Shown here: positions 1 through 12,500 of the stretch, one piece after another
Numbering within the stretch: position 1 is the stretch's first letter
How the letters are laid out: each line of letters begins with the position of its first letter
From: Lama guanicoe
Lineage: Eukaryota
Assembly (NCBI GenBank): GCA_013239625.1
Contig: MU053934.1
Location: 3,614,399-3,678,398 of the forward strand
Reading direction: 5' to 3'
DNA length: 64,000 bases
Translations under genes and position numbers: made by a program
The notes under the pieces: model-generated
The model's input: the letters and a program-made list of their open reading frames with translations, nothing else
The model's database searches: none
Told to the model about the DNA's origin: nothing

Positions 1-481
1 AGTATGGTTGTGAAGCATCTTGGGCAGCAGTGTTTGAGTTGGATGCTCTATGGCTGTTAGGGCATCAGGCTGCAACAGACTGATTAGTTTCCATGTTTGA
101 AGAAGGAGAGGAGGCACTGTGCTCCAGGAAGTGGAAAGCTAAGGGCAGGGGTTGTGGGTATCAGAAAAGTAGTTCTCAAATCAGGGAACAGTAAGCAGTG
201 AAATATGACAAGAGTTCATGATACAGAGGCAGGAGATGATCCTGAAGAGTTTGGTGGGTGCCTGACTGATGTATAAGAAATGTTTCACTATATTAAGAAA
301 GATTATCTGAGGTATAGAATTGGTTCAGGAAAATTATAGATTTGGAAACTCTGGTCCTCACTCTGTTTCTGTGACTTCTTCCCCTTTCTGAGCTTTAGTC
401 CTCATCTGTAAAATGTGAGGGTTGCCTCTTCTCACGTTGTTCCTATTTTGGAATTCTAGAACATTTCTGCTTGGTTTTCAG

Positions 482-561
482 CTGGACCAAGTTGACTGAA
501 AGATTCTTCAAGAATACACCTTGGCCTGAAGCTGAAACCATTGCTCCACAGGTTGGCAACG
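482..561 (+). CDS. EIF3L: EIF3L coding exon (likely exon 4)
   Basis: ttttcag|CTGGACC...GGCAACG|gtaggt; [26 protein letters not shown]. Confidence 0.95.
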
Positions 562-3500
562 GTAGGTGTGAGCTCTTGTGTCCTGTGTGCTGGATGGGAT
601 CCTGTGACGGGGGGTCATTAGAAAGCTTCGAACGATCTGTGTCTGTTTTGATCAACATTTTATTTCCCCAGGGTTTGCTACGTGGTAGACTTTTACTAAC
701 TAACTTATTGAGTGAAAGCTGAATAAATGAAGAGGGGACAGAGATCTTTCACACATTCTGAAAGCTAAAATTGAGATTTTTCTCTTGACTTGTTTCCTTT
801 TTGCTCTGTAAGTTTTGGGGTCATTATAGTTGCTCCAAAATGGGCTCTCTGGCCTTCTCTCACATTTCACTTTCTGACGGTGTCTTTTATATATGGTGTG
901 AAGTAGGAAGATTCAACTTCATTCTTTTGCATGTGGATATCCAGCTGTCCCAGTACCAGTTTTCAGAAAAACTCTTCTTTTTCCTTTGAGTTGTCTTGAC
1001 TCCCTTGTTGAAAATGGTTATCGTGTAAATGAAAGGTTAATTTCTGGACTCTCAGTTTGACTTCATTGATACATGTCTATCCTTATGCTTATACCAACTG
1101 CGCTGCCTTTTTTTTTTTCACTTTTTTTTAATTGAGTTACAGTCAGTTTACAATGTTGTGTCAATTTCCAGTGTAGAGCACAATTTTTCAGTTATACATG
1201 AGCATAGATATATTTATTGTTGCATTCTTTTTCGCTGTGAGCTACCACAAAATCTTGTATATATTTCCCTGTGCTATACAGTATAATCTTGTTTATCTAT
1301 TCTACATATGCCTGTCAGTATCTACAAATTTCGAACTCCCAGTCTGTCCCTTCCCACCCCACTCCCCCTTCAACTTCATTGTCTCGATTGTAGCTTTGGA
1401 GTAAGTTTTGAAGTTAGGAAGTATAAGTCTTCCAGCTTTGTTGTTCTTTTTCAGAATTGTTGTGGGTCTTCTGAGGCTTTTGAATTTCCAAATGAATTTT
1501 AAGACCAGTTTGTTAATTTCTGCAAAGAAGCCAGCTTGGATTTTTGATAGAGATTATGTTGAGTCTGAAGATCAATTGGGGAGAATTTTGCCATTTTAGT
1601 AATACTGAGTCCTCTAATCCGTGGATGTGGGATGTCTTTTCATCTGTTTAGTTCTTTAATTTCTCTCAATAATGTTTTGTAGTTTTTAATGTACAAGTCT
1701 TTCATTTTTGTTACAGCTAAGGTTTTTTGGACACTTAACATTAGTATCATCATCATTACTTTGAGAACTCTTAAAGAAATACTTGTTTCCATGTTGCTCA
1801 GACCTTATGTTCTATTTAATATTTTGCCTATAAAGAATGTAATGCTGTGTATGTTAAGAACAGGAGTCCCGTAATACATAGTTTAAAACAGGTAAGGATT
1901 TACAGGACTCATAGTGTAAAAGACTTGGTATAAAAATCCCCATCCCGTTTTCGTCCGAAGTTTTCAGTTTTTCTCTCTGGAGCTGTCTAGTGTTAACCGT
2001 TTCTCGGTTATTCTTCCCGTGGTACTCTCTGCGTGTATAAGCAAATGGGAAAAACTTGTCCCTTTTTTCCGTAGACTAAATAGATGCCCCTTTACACTTT
2101 TAAAATTTATTATATTTTTGGAGAGCATTCTGTGTCTCTAGGATTCCTGAGACCACCCCCAGTTTTGATGATTTGCTGGGATGACTCATAAGAGTCAGTC
2201 ATACCCACAGCAGCAGACCTATCAGGTGATCCCTTTATAGCCAGAGGATAGAGAGCAAAATCAGCGAAGGGAAAAGGTGCATAGGATGAAGTCCAGAGGA
2301 AACCAGGCTCCAGTTTCTAACAGTCCTTTTTTGTGGAGTCACATGGAATGCTGTTCATTTCTTGATCAAAGAATTTTGACAACATGTTTGAAAAGTTGGC
2401 TACCAGAGAAACTCATTACAGACTCAGTGTCCAGGGATTATATTAGGGGCTGGTCATGTAGGCACACCCTCTACCTAGCATGAACTGAAATTCTAGACTG
2501 CCAGAAAGAAAGCAGGTGTTCAGTGTAAACCATGTTGTTTGCACTGTTCTGTCCACCCTTACCAGGATGGTGGGAACCCTCCTGAAATCTAGGTTCCCAG
2601 GTACCAGCCAAGGACCAGCTTTACTAGCAGGCCTTTCTCAGGATAAGCCTCAGACCTGTATGCTAACTTCCGCACAGCATCGGCACCTGAAGAGCTTCTT
2701 TTTTTTTTTCTTCTTTCTTTTTAATGGTTGTATCGTCTTTAAAATAAAATCTCTAAGTCAAAGAAACCCATTTACTTGTAATTTTGATAGTGTCGTATCA
2801 CCTTCCAGGGAGCCATTACTATTTATGTCCTGGTTTATTTAAGCAACTGGATGGCAAAAATAGCTAAATAGTGAAGGGAAATGGACCTGAGTGAGATTAA
2901 GATGAGACTGAAAGAGTGAAATGGGAAACGAATTTTTTTGTTGCATATATTCTTGGGATTTAAATGTTAAGAGTTTAGATGTCATTTAGTCTCTGAAGTC
3001 ACGATTACTCCTTTATAACCCGCCAAGGGCTAAAACTGCCAGAAGACCCTAACTGTTTTGTGGATTACTGAAGCACCCCTCTGCCATCTCTTTCAGATGC
3101 TGTCTTCCTGATTTTGTACAAAGAATTATACTACAGGCATATATATGCCAAAGTCAGTGTGAGTATCTACATTTGTTGCAGTTTTTAAACTGTGCCATTT
3201 TTACCACAGAACACAGTTGTCTACTGTGAAGTAGGCAAACTGAAGTGCAAAGAGGTTGCTTTTTCTCAAATTCATGCGATTAGTAAACGGTAAAACTCCT
3301 TGAACCGAGGCCTGTCTTACTGTGACATCAGTTTTCTTTCTTCTGCTCTTCCAACGTTGGGCACTTGCTGGTGTCTTCTCTTCCTGGTTTCTAAATTTTG
3401 GAGTGCCATAAGTCTCTTAAAATACCATCTTTACTACTTACGGGCATACCTTGGAGATATTACAGGTTTGGTACCAGACCACTGCAGTAAAGCACATATT

Positions 3501-6500
3501 GTAATAAAGCGAGTCACATGAGTTTTTTGATTTCCCAGTGCATACAAAAGTTAAGTTACACTATACTGTAGTCTGTAAAGTGCACATATAGCATTATGTC
3601 TTTTAAAAATGCAGATACCTACTCCAGTTCAAGGCATTATCATCTCTTGCCTGCGTTACTTCATAACTGCTCACCTGCTGTCAATTTCCATTCTTGCCCA
3701 CTTAAGGTTATTCTCAACCTGGTAACCAGCATGAGCCTTTTAAAACATAGTCTCATCAAGTCACCCCTTTCCTCACAGTCCGACCATGACTTCCCATCAT
3801 ATGTAGAATAAGATCCCAAGTCTTAGTTATGGTCCTGCTTCATCTGGCCCCTGACTTCCTTGCCAGTCTCATTTCCTACACCTTTCCCTCCTTCCCTGGG
3901 CTCTTAGCCATACTCTGTGGCACTTCAGAACACATATTACTCATTGACATTGTCTGACTAGTTTGTTTGGGTTTTGTTTGCTTCTCCCAATAGAGGGTAA
4001 ACTCCGCCAGGGCACCAACTTCATCGTGTTCATTGCTCTGATCCACTGTCTCATCCCTGATGGTGACTGGTTAATTGTTGGAGTGTTTGTGTGTGTAAAT
4101 GAAAGAAACTGGCACCACAGCCTCCTTAGAGTATTTCCATCTTGAGAGTTCCCAGCTTCACAGTCACTTCTCGTCTCCCTGAGGACCACTTGACCGGACT
4201 AGAGCTCTTGCCTTCATACAGAGGCCACCATCAGTGGTGGTAGGTGGAGGAGTTCCTGTTCCCAAAGTAATGCAGGGTGGCCGTGTTTTTCTTGCATCCC
4301 ACTGAGCTAGCTCTCTGACTACCTTACCTGGCAGAAAGTAAAGGTTCCCTTCTACCATTGAGGGCATGGCTCACGTACTTTGTGGGTTGGGCTGAGAATC
4401 TAGCCTTGTATAACATTGCTTTGGGAAGACCATGGCATCAGAACCAATAGTATGGATGGTCTTGCCACCTCTAATCTTCCCTCTGGTCTGTAGATGAAGA
4501 TTCAGCAGAAGCTCATTGACCTCATGACCTCTGTGCTAGGTACCAGATGGGGCAGTTTCACATACATGACCAGTCTTAGACCCCCGGGGTCAGGGAGGTT
4601 TTTCATTAAAAGAGTATTTACGATGTTAGGTACTTCAACTTCATAACCTTTCGTTTTAGAGATACTAAATACCTTGTCAGACCCCACAGTTAGTAAGCTG
4701 TGGAGCTAAGACTCCAGTCTTCAGTCTGTCGTCTTTCTGCCTTTTACTAGTCTTCTTTCTACTCCATCACCAATACACCATTCTTGTTCCCCAGCTCAGA
4801 AACCTTTAGTGGTTCTCAGTTGCCAGCAACATGAAGTCTAGATCAGGGGTGAGCAGCCTTCTATGTACAGGGCCAAACAGTAAGTATTTTAGGTTTTGAG
4901 GGCTGTAGTGTCTCTGTCAAATCTCTTCAGCTTTGTAGCAGCCATGGACAGTGAGTGTGCCTGGCTGTGTTCCAGTTAAGCTTTTATTTACAAAAACGTG
5001 ATGGTAGATTTGCTTAATTCTTCTTTGGTACTGAAAAGACCTCTGCTTTTCTGGCCCATTGTAGCCCAATGTAGTATTGTCTGTCTTACTCCCCAACCTT
5101 CAAACACCACAATTTTATTTCTTTACTTATGTTAGTCCTGTTTTTCCTGAAACTTCTTCCCCTCCCTACTTTGCTTTGCCAAATCGACATGCGCTCTGCG
5201 GTCGGTTAAGGTTGTTGACATAAAACCTGACCATTGTAGTCAGGTATTCAGTGCCGCTTTGAACTGCTATAGCACGGAGCTGTCTTCCTTGTCACTTGAG
5301 TGCCCTTTACACACAGAGAAGGAGGGAGCAGGCATCAATTTTCATGTACAGTTGACCCTTGAACAACGTGGGTTGAAACTGCGTGGGTCCACTTACACCT
5401 AGGTTTTTTTCAATAAATATTTATAGTACCGTGGGATCTACTGTTGGTTGAATCTATAGACGTGGAGGACCTGAGTATATGGAGGCCTGACTATTAAGTT
5501 ACACACAGATTTTTGACTCTGGAGCGTTGGCACCCCTAACTCTCATGTTTTCGAGGGTCAGCTGTATTTGTTTTCAGTTGTCAATGGTAGGCTGTGAGTA
5601 GAGCGCATTTAGATTAAGTGTCTGTGTCCTGATGTCTCTGTTTTCTTTACAGGGAGGACCCTCCTTGGAGCAGAGGTTTGAATCCTATTACAACTACTGC
5701 AATCTCTTCAACTACATTCTTAGTGAGTCTGAGGTTATGATGAGGCCTGGTATTGGCCTTCAGCTCTCTTTAGCAGGATTTTAATGTGCAGGTGGGAAGC
5801 GGGGGAAGTCCTGTGATTCATAGTCCTTTTAAGAGAAATTTCAAAATGCGTTCTACAGCCTTACTGTATGGGCATAGTCATTGCTGTGAGTCTGACTTTT
5901 CTGGGGTCCCCTGCACAGATGCTGATGGTCCTGCTCCCCTTGAACTACCCAACCAGTGGCTCTGGGACATCATCGATGAGTTCATCTACCAGGTATCTGG
6001 CCAGCTTTGGCCTTATTTGAAATAACTGGTCCAAACAAGGAGCGGCTGTTACCATTGTTTGTATTGTGAAAAAGATACGTGGTATAAAACCGTCCCATCC
6101 TGGCATGAAATACCACATGGTGGTGGGCTGCCAGGTCGTGGTCTTCTGAAGAGTCATGGAGGTCTAGGAGCTCCAGGTACAAACTCGGAAGTCAGAGTTG
6201 AGCTCCTGACTTTGACCAGGTTCTTACCTGACCTTGAGAAGTGGTCTGGCAGGAAGAACACAGGCTTCAGTCTTTGAATTCAGGCAGAAGTGGATATGAG
6301 TCTGGCAGCTGCCCCCTGGTGGCTCTGTAGCAGCTCACCAATCACAACTTATCAGCACTTTGTATTCACAAAGTCTCTTTGATCCATAAGCTCTCTGGGC
6401 CTCACTTTCCTCACCTACAAAAAAGAAAGTTTCTGTATCTTGATTATGATGGTGGTGATTATGTATACACTGGATCAGAATAATATAGAACATGTTAATC

Positions 6501-9500
6501 AGAATGGAAGTGTTACCTATGTCAGAGTGCTCCACCAGGAACCAGGCCAGACGCAGCATCCAGCAACTGTGTAGCCTGGGGGTGAAAGTTCCAGTCTTGC
6601 TGTTCACTAGACCTTGGGCAGATTACTTAGCCACATTGCTTTGGTTTCTCTAAAACACAGATTGTTGGGAAGGTTGCCGGGGCACTCTGAGTAAAGCGCA
6701 TGGTGCAGTGCCTGTCCCAGCATAATTACTCAGGACATGTTGCCTGGTAGTTCTGGTGGTCAGAATCATCATTCTTCTCCACCTTCCTTTAGTCCAGTTT
6801 TATTCTTTAGAAAAATAATATAGACTAAAAACAAGATAAAGTAATTGAATTTGGAAAAATATCTTTTCCAAGTGTGTTACGGGAATGGCATAGCTCTTAC
6901 TGGGTATTTCAGGAGAAATGTTTAATGATAAAGCTGTTATTTGAGCTCCATGGATCAAAGAGACTTTGTGAATACAAAGTGCTGATAAGTTGTGATTGGT
7001 GAGCTGAGAGAGCATTCCTTGGGCTCTTTGAGAAAGAGGCCTCCTGCTAAAGATGAGACTTTAGTGCCTTTGTACGGTGAAGGCCACAAACCACACGGGC
7101 CTTGTTTGCCCTGTCTGGCTCCTTGGCTTGTGATTTGGCATAATTTTAGAAGGTTGGCAGTCCTGTTGACTCTCAGCAAGTCAAAGAGGATCATCTGTAC
7201 TAAGGTTCTTCATCCCTCTTAAGGTAATCATAATCCCCTGGGCTTAACTGGTGTTCTCTTAAGGGGTTTATGTACTCTCACTGCTAACAAAGACTGGCCA
7301 GTGCAGATCAAATGTGATTCCTCCCAGCCAGTCTTTGTTAGCAGCAAGAGCACTTTAAGCTCCTTAGAAAGAAAACACCAGCTAAACCACATGGGGTGAG
7401 TAACTCTTCCCTACCACTCAGTTTCATTTATCTGTATTGATACAGTAATACATGAATATGTTATTACTGTTGAATTTTTTTCTTTTTTAAGCTGCAGATA
7501 AAGTGAGTGTCTTCCTTCCTTGCTTTTGCAGAGGCATCAGTTATTGTCTGGAAAGAAAAGTGTCACCTAGATAGTGACCTGCCTTATTCTTTTGTGCTGT
7601 GTACCTGATATGAATGTATCATTCCTTCTGGTGTATGTGTATGCAGAAGTCTGTTTCTAGGGATCACTAGAATTGTTGGCTGAAGGATATTGGCTTTTTA
7701 AATTTGTAAAAATCAGGTTTACAGAGTCATAGTCTACATGCAATAAAATGTACTGATTTTAAGTACACAGTTAATGAGATGTGATAAATGTGTACACCAC
7801 CACAATCAAGATATAGAACATTTCAATGAACTATTCATTAGATATAGACATAGAATATTCATTCACTCAATAGATATTGAACAAGTGAATTTGAATTTTA
7901 ATAAATAGTAATACTACCCCCCTAGAAGTATGTGTCAAATTACACTACTCCCAGCAGTGTTTGAGAGCAGGTTTTCTGTAGTGGATGTTATCAGTCTAAT
8001 TTTTATCATTTGATGGAAAAGAAAGAGTAATCATTTAAATTTACATTTCTCTGGTAACTAGAGAGATCTGAGTATTCCCTGTTAGTTTACCATGCTTGTT
8101 TTTCTTTGAAGTGATCATCAGTATTCTTTGTCCATTTTTCTATTGGATGATCTTGTTATTTTTGGCTTACGAGAACTCCTATATTCTGGATACTATTCTT
8201 TGTTTATTGTAAGTTTGGAAACATTTTCTCCTACACTCTTAGAGGAAGATGATATTTTAGAGTTGATGAGTACTCTACATTATTTAGGACCTAGATTCTA
8301 AGCTACTGGTTTCCAAACCTGCATGTGTACCAGAATCAACCAGGGAGCGTTTAATTCTGATTGAGTAAGTAGGTCTCTTGTGCTAGTCTCTGGGTGATGG
8401 ATGAGCCAGCCCAGGGCTGGTCCCGGGTAGAACCACTGCCCCAAACAGATACCTGTGATATATACCCTGTATGGGCTTTATACGAGGCCAGGCTCTGTGA
8501 TTGGAACATAGGTGACTTAGAGTGGGCTCCTGACACTGGCGAATTGATGGTCAGCTCTGGAAGGGAAGACACGCACATGCAGATACCTACCCCACCCCTA
8601 CCATGTCATTCATGATCCCAACCCTGGCACAGCAAAGCCACGTAAGAATAGATCTGCTGTAAGCCACCTGATTCTGGTGGCCAGGTTGACTACATAGTGA
8701 AGCCCAGAGACATTAACTAACTTTAGGCTGTGTTGGATGCCAAATTGAATGTTTTTTTCCACAAACTACTGCTCATTTTAGAGATTTTTAGTTAGCTGTG
8801 GAATAAGGAACATAGTCAGTATGAACAAAATTCTTAATCAAAGATCGCTGTTAGAGAGGGGAGGGTATAGCTCAAGTGGTAGAGCGTGTGCTTAGCATGC
8901 TCGAGGTCCTGGGTTCAATCCCCAGTACCTCCTCCAAATATAAATAAACCTAATAAAGTAATAAAGTAAATAAACCTAATTACCTCCCCCTCATAAAACA
9001 AACGCGGGGGTGAAAAAAGATGGCTTTGAGAGAACAAATGTTTACAGAACGGCTTAGCGGGAGTAGCAGCCGCAGCGTTGTGCACTCAGGCTGTGCTTCT
9101 GGGGCTGGCACCACTGCTGCATCTTTCCCTTCTTCCTCGACAGTTTCAGTCCTTTAGTCAGTACCGCTGTAAGACCGCCAAGAAGTCGGAGGAGGAGATT
9201 GACTTCCTTCGTTCCAACCCCAAAATCTGGAATGTTCACAGTGTCCTCAACGTCCTTCACTCGCTGGTGGACAAGTCCAACATCAACCGGCAGCTGGAGG
9301 TGTACACGAGCGGGGGTGAGTGCCGCTCGCCGTCGGTTCCTAAAGAGTAGAGGCCGCAGGTGTGCCGAGGAGCCGCCGTCTCTCAGGTCATGGGCTGCTC
9401 TTTAGTGTTTGGGTGGGGACCGTAGCCGAGTGCTGATGTGGGGGGCACTGGGCTTGGCAGTCTGTTGTATGCCAGGCTGAACCAGCACTTCCTGAGACGT

Positions 9501-12500
9501 GCGTTTGTAAGCACTTCTACTGCCTCTCCAGGGCCTTTCTGTAGATAAGCACCATTCAGACCTTCTGTGTGAGGACTGCTTTACACTCTTTCAAGATTAA
9601 GAATGACAAAGTTTATCTATGTAAAAATGTTGTTATGGTGAGAAGAGTGGCGTTTTTGCAAATCTCTTTCATGTCTGACTTCATAGAGAGCTGGAGTCTC
9701 CTGCTTTTTTTTTTTGATGTGATTTTTTTTTAAACATTTTTTTATTGAGTTATAGTCATTTTACAATGTTGTTGTTGGAGTCTCCTGCTCCTGCATTCAG
9801 TCTGTTGCAATATGCTGTTTTGGTTAAAGTATCCGAGGGAAATCTAGCCTCACACAGATATTTAATGGGACAAGGAGGAGAAATTTAACAGCCTTTGCAG
9901 GTAGCGTGGCTGTTCTTTGGTTCATACAGGTTAGTTGCCGTGTGGAATCTGAAGCCTTATCAGCGAACTTTTACTCTGTTCTGTTTAGGTTTGTTGGTTT
10001 ATACTGCAGCTTGAATGAATCTTCTAGCCATGCATGGTTTCGTAAAATACTGATTCATTGAGCTAGCAAGATTGTCTAAATGTTGACACATTTTATTATA
10101 CAATTTTTTAAAACCACATCTGTTCAATTTTCATCATCAACTTCATCAGATGAGTATTTGGTTAACAGCTCATAGTGGCGGATAGAAGTTTTATAAAATT
10201 CTAATTTTCGCTTAAAAGCTCAGGTTTACATTGGTAGCAAATACTGTCAGTTGTTTTCGTTGAAGTCTTAACAGGTTTACTTCATTCATTTTTGAGATAA
10301 TGTATGCTAAATACCCAGATCTAAATATTCATAGCTCATAGCTTGTGTGTCAGTCATTCTCTCAAAAAAAAAAAAAAAGGCTGGTTCTTTTACTGCAAGT
10401 GAGTGGTGGTAAAGACTACAGTGCTGACCATACAGTTTAGTGCCACTGCCTGATTGATGCTGAGTTGTCAGCAGTTTTACCCAGCATTGTTTTTGCACCA
10501 TGGGTGCAAGTGTCAACTCAGTGAGGAAAGCAAATAGTACCTTAGTATTACTAGGAAGATAGCTGTGATCTAATGGACTTCCTGAAAAGAAAGGCCTTGC
10601 TCAGGAACTCTTATTGACAAGGGGTGGGGGATCCCCTCATATTCTCAGGTGTAGTGTGGAGGAGGCTGCTGTCTCCTTTCATGTGACTTAAGTTGGTAAA
10701 TTTAAGATTAACATAAGGCTAGGTGCCCTGTTTCTTGGTATTCCTTCAAAGGCAGAGTGATTCCCTATTGCAGGAAGCTTTAGAGACTGGCAGTGAAGAG
10801 TTTACTGAGTGATAGTCAAGGGTTAGGTTTGGCCGCCTTCACCTGCCCCTGCTGAAATGTTCACAGTGTCTGTGCGTCTCTCGCAGGTGACCCTGAGAGT
10901 GTGGCTGGGGAGTATGGACGGCACTCCCTCTATAAGATGCTTGGGTACTTCAGCCTGGTTGGGCTTCTGCGTCTGCACTCCCTGTTGGGGGATTACTACC
11001 AGGCCATCAAGGTGCTGGAGAATATCGAACTGAACAAGAAGGTAATTCCCTGTTTCCTCATGCCCTCTTCCCAGAGCCAGAAAGTCTGTCTGCTTTAAGA
11101 GAAATTCTGATCTATTAGGACAGATTTCAGGGAGAAAAAAGAGAATTCCTCTGCATGTCGGTTGGTAATTAATATAAGAATTGGGGAAACCACTGCAGTG
11201 AAAATCTGAACCTGGATGAAGTGGTTTCTCTTTGGTGCTTAATAACACTTAAAATATTCATCAGTCTTTTGATTCTGTTTTCAAACCAGAATGATAATGG
11301 CAGATTATTGCTCTTCAAGTTTCACTAAAGAATTAACAAAAGACTTGCTTAGTTCTAAGATGGTGTGGATAATGATTGGTAGTGGTGTTTTTTCCTGGCC
11401 ACGGGAAAGTGGTATATTTTTGTTTGACGTGTGTGTCTCTCGGTCTTCTCTCATCTGTCCCTTCCTTTATAGGGCTTATTTGGAAAAGCAAGGATTAGAA
11501 AGCAAGAAAGAATACATAAGTGGGGTGTGGAGGGATTTAGAGCTGTGAGAAATTTTAGAGTTACCTGGTCCCACCCTTTTCTGTTATAACTAAGAAAATG
11601 GAGTCCTCTGGTCACAGAACTTAATCAGTAAATGGCCAGTCTGCACACAGAGCCTCTGCCTCCAGAGCCAGGGCTTCCTCTGGGTAGTTCAGGGTCTCTG
11701 CGGGGAGCTCTTAGCGCTTCCACCTCAGCTGACACTAGGCCCCGCTGACTTGCAGATCCGGGATAAATTGGTCTTGAGACTCATGGACACTGCTTCTGCC
11801 TCCTTCCACAGAGCATGTATTCTCGTGTGCCCGAGTGCCAGGTTACCACATACTATTATGTCGGTTTTGCATATTTGATGATGCGTCGCTACCAGGATGC
11901 CATCCGGGTCTTTGCCAACATCCTCCTCTACATCCAGAGAACCAAGAGCATGTTCCAGAGGACCACGTACAAATATGAGATGGTAAGGAGGCCTCGGCCA
12001 GCTGGCACAACTATGCCAACAGTATTGGGAAAAGCCTTCCAAAGTTTTGCCATTTTGTATGCTTTTTCAATAGGATGATTGCGTTATGGGTAGCCTACTC
12101 TAGTAGTTTGCTTTGTTACAACTGTCACTTCAGGTAGTTGACCTTAATGATAAGGATAATATCTTTTGTTTCACTTTTATCATTCAACAGTGCCTCCATT
12201 TATTTATTCAGTAACAGTTTGTTAAGTATTCACTGTGCTGTGGGTGTTTAAAATCAGTTAGATGTGGGTCCTGCCCTCAAGCAGTTTGCCCTGGAGGAGG
12301 ATGGATCCAAAATATGCATGGAGTTGGGAGGAGGTTTCTAAGCAGAGCAAAGTTTGAGACTTGGAAGTGTGGACATGTGGCAGCACGGGCTGGAAGGCAA
12401 GGGAGGAGCCAAATTGGAGAGTCGGATTATGATGTCGCCTTCAGTACCCAGCTAAAGTATTGAATGTTTTCTCTGTAGGCATGAAGTGCCATCAGAGACT

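Noticed and set aside
8858..8935. Functional tRNA-Ala gene
   Set aside because: It carries a SINE tail and TSD and has dispersed, diverged sister copies in the window, so it is better explained as a SINE.
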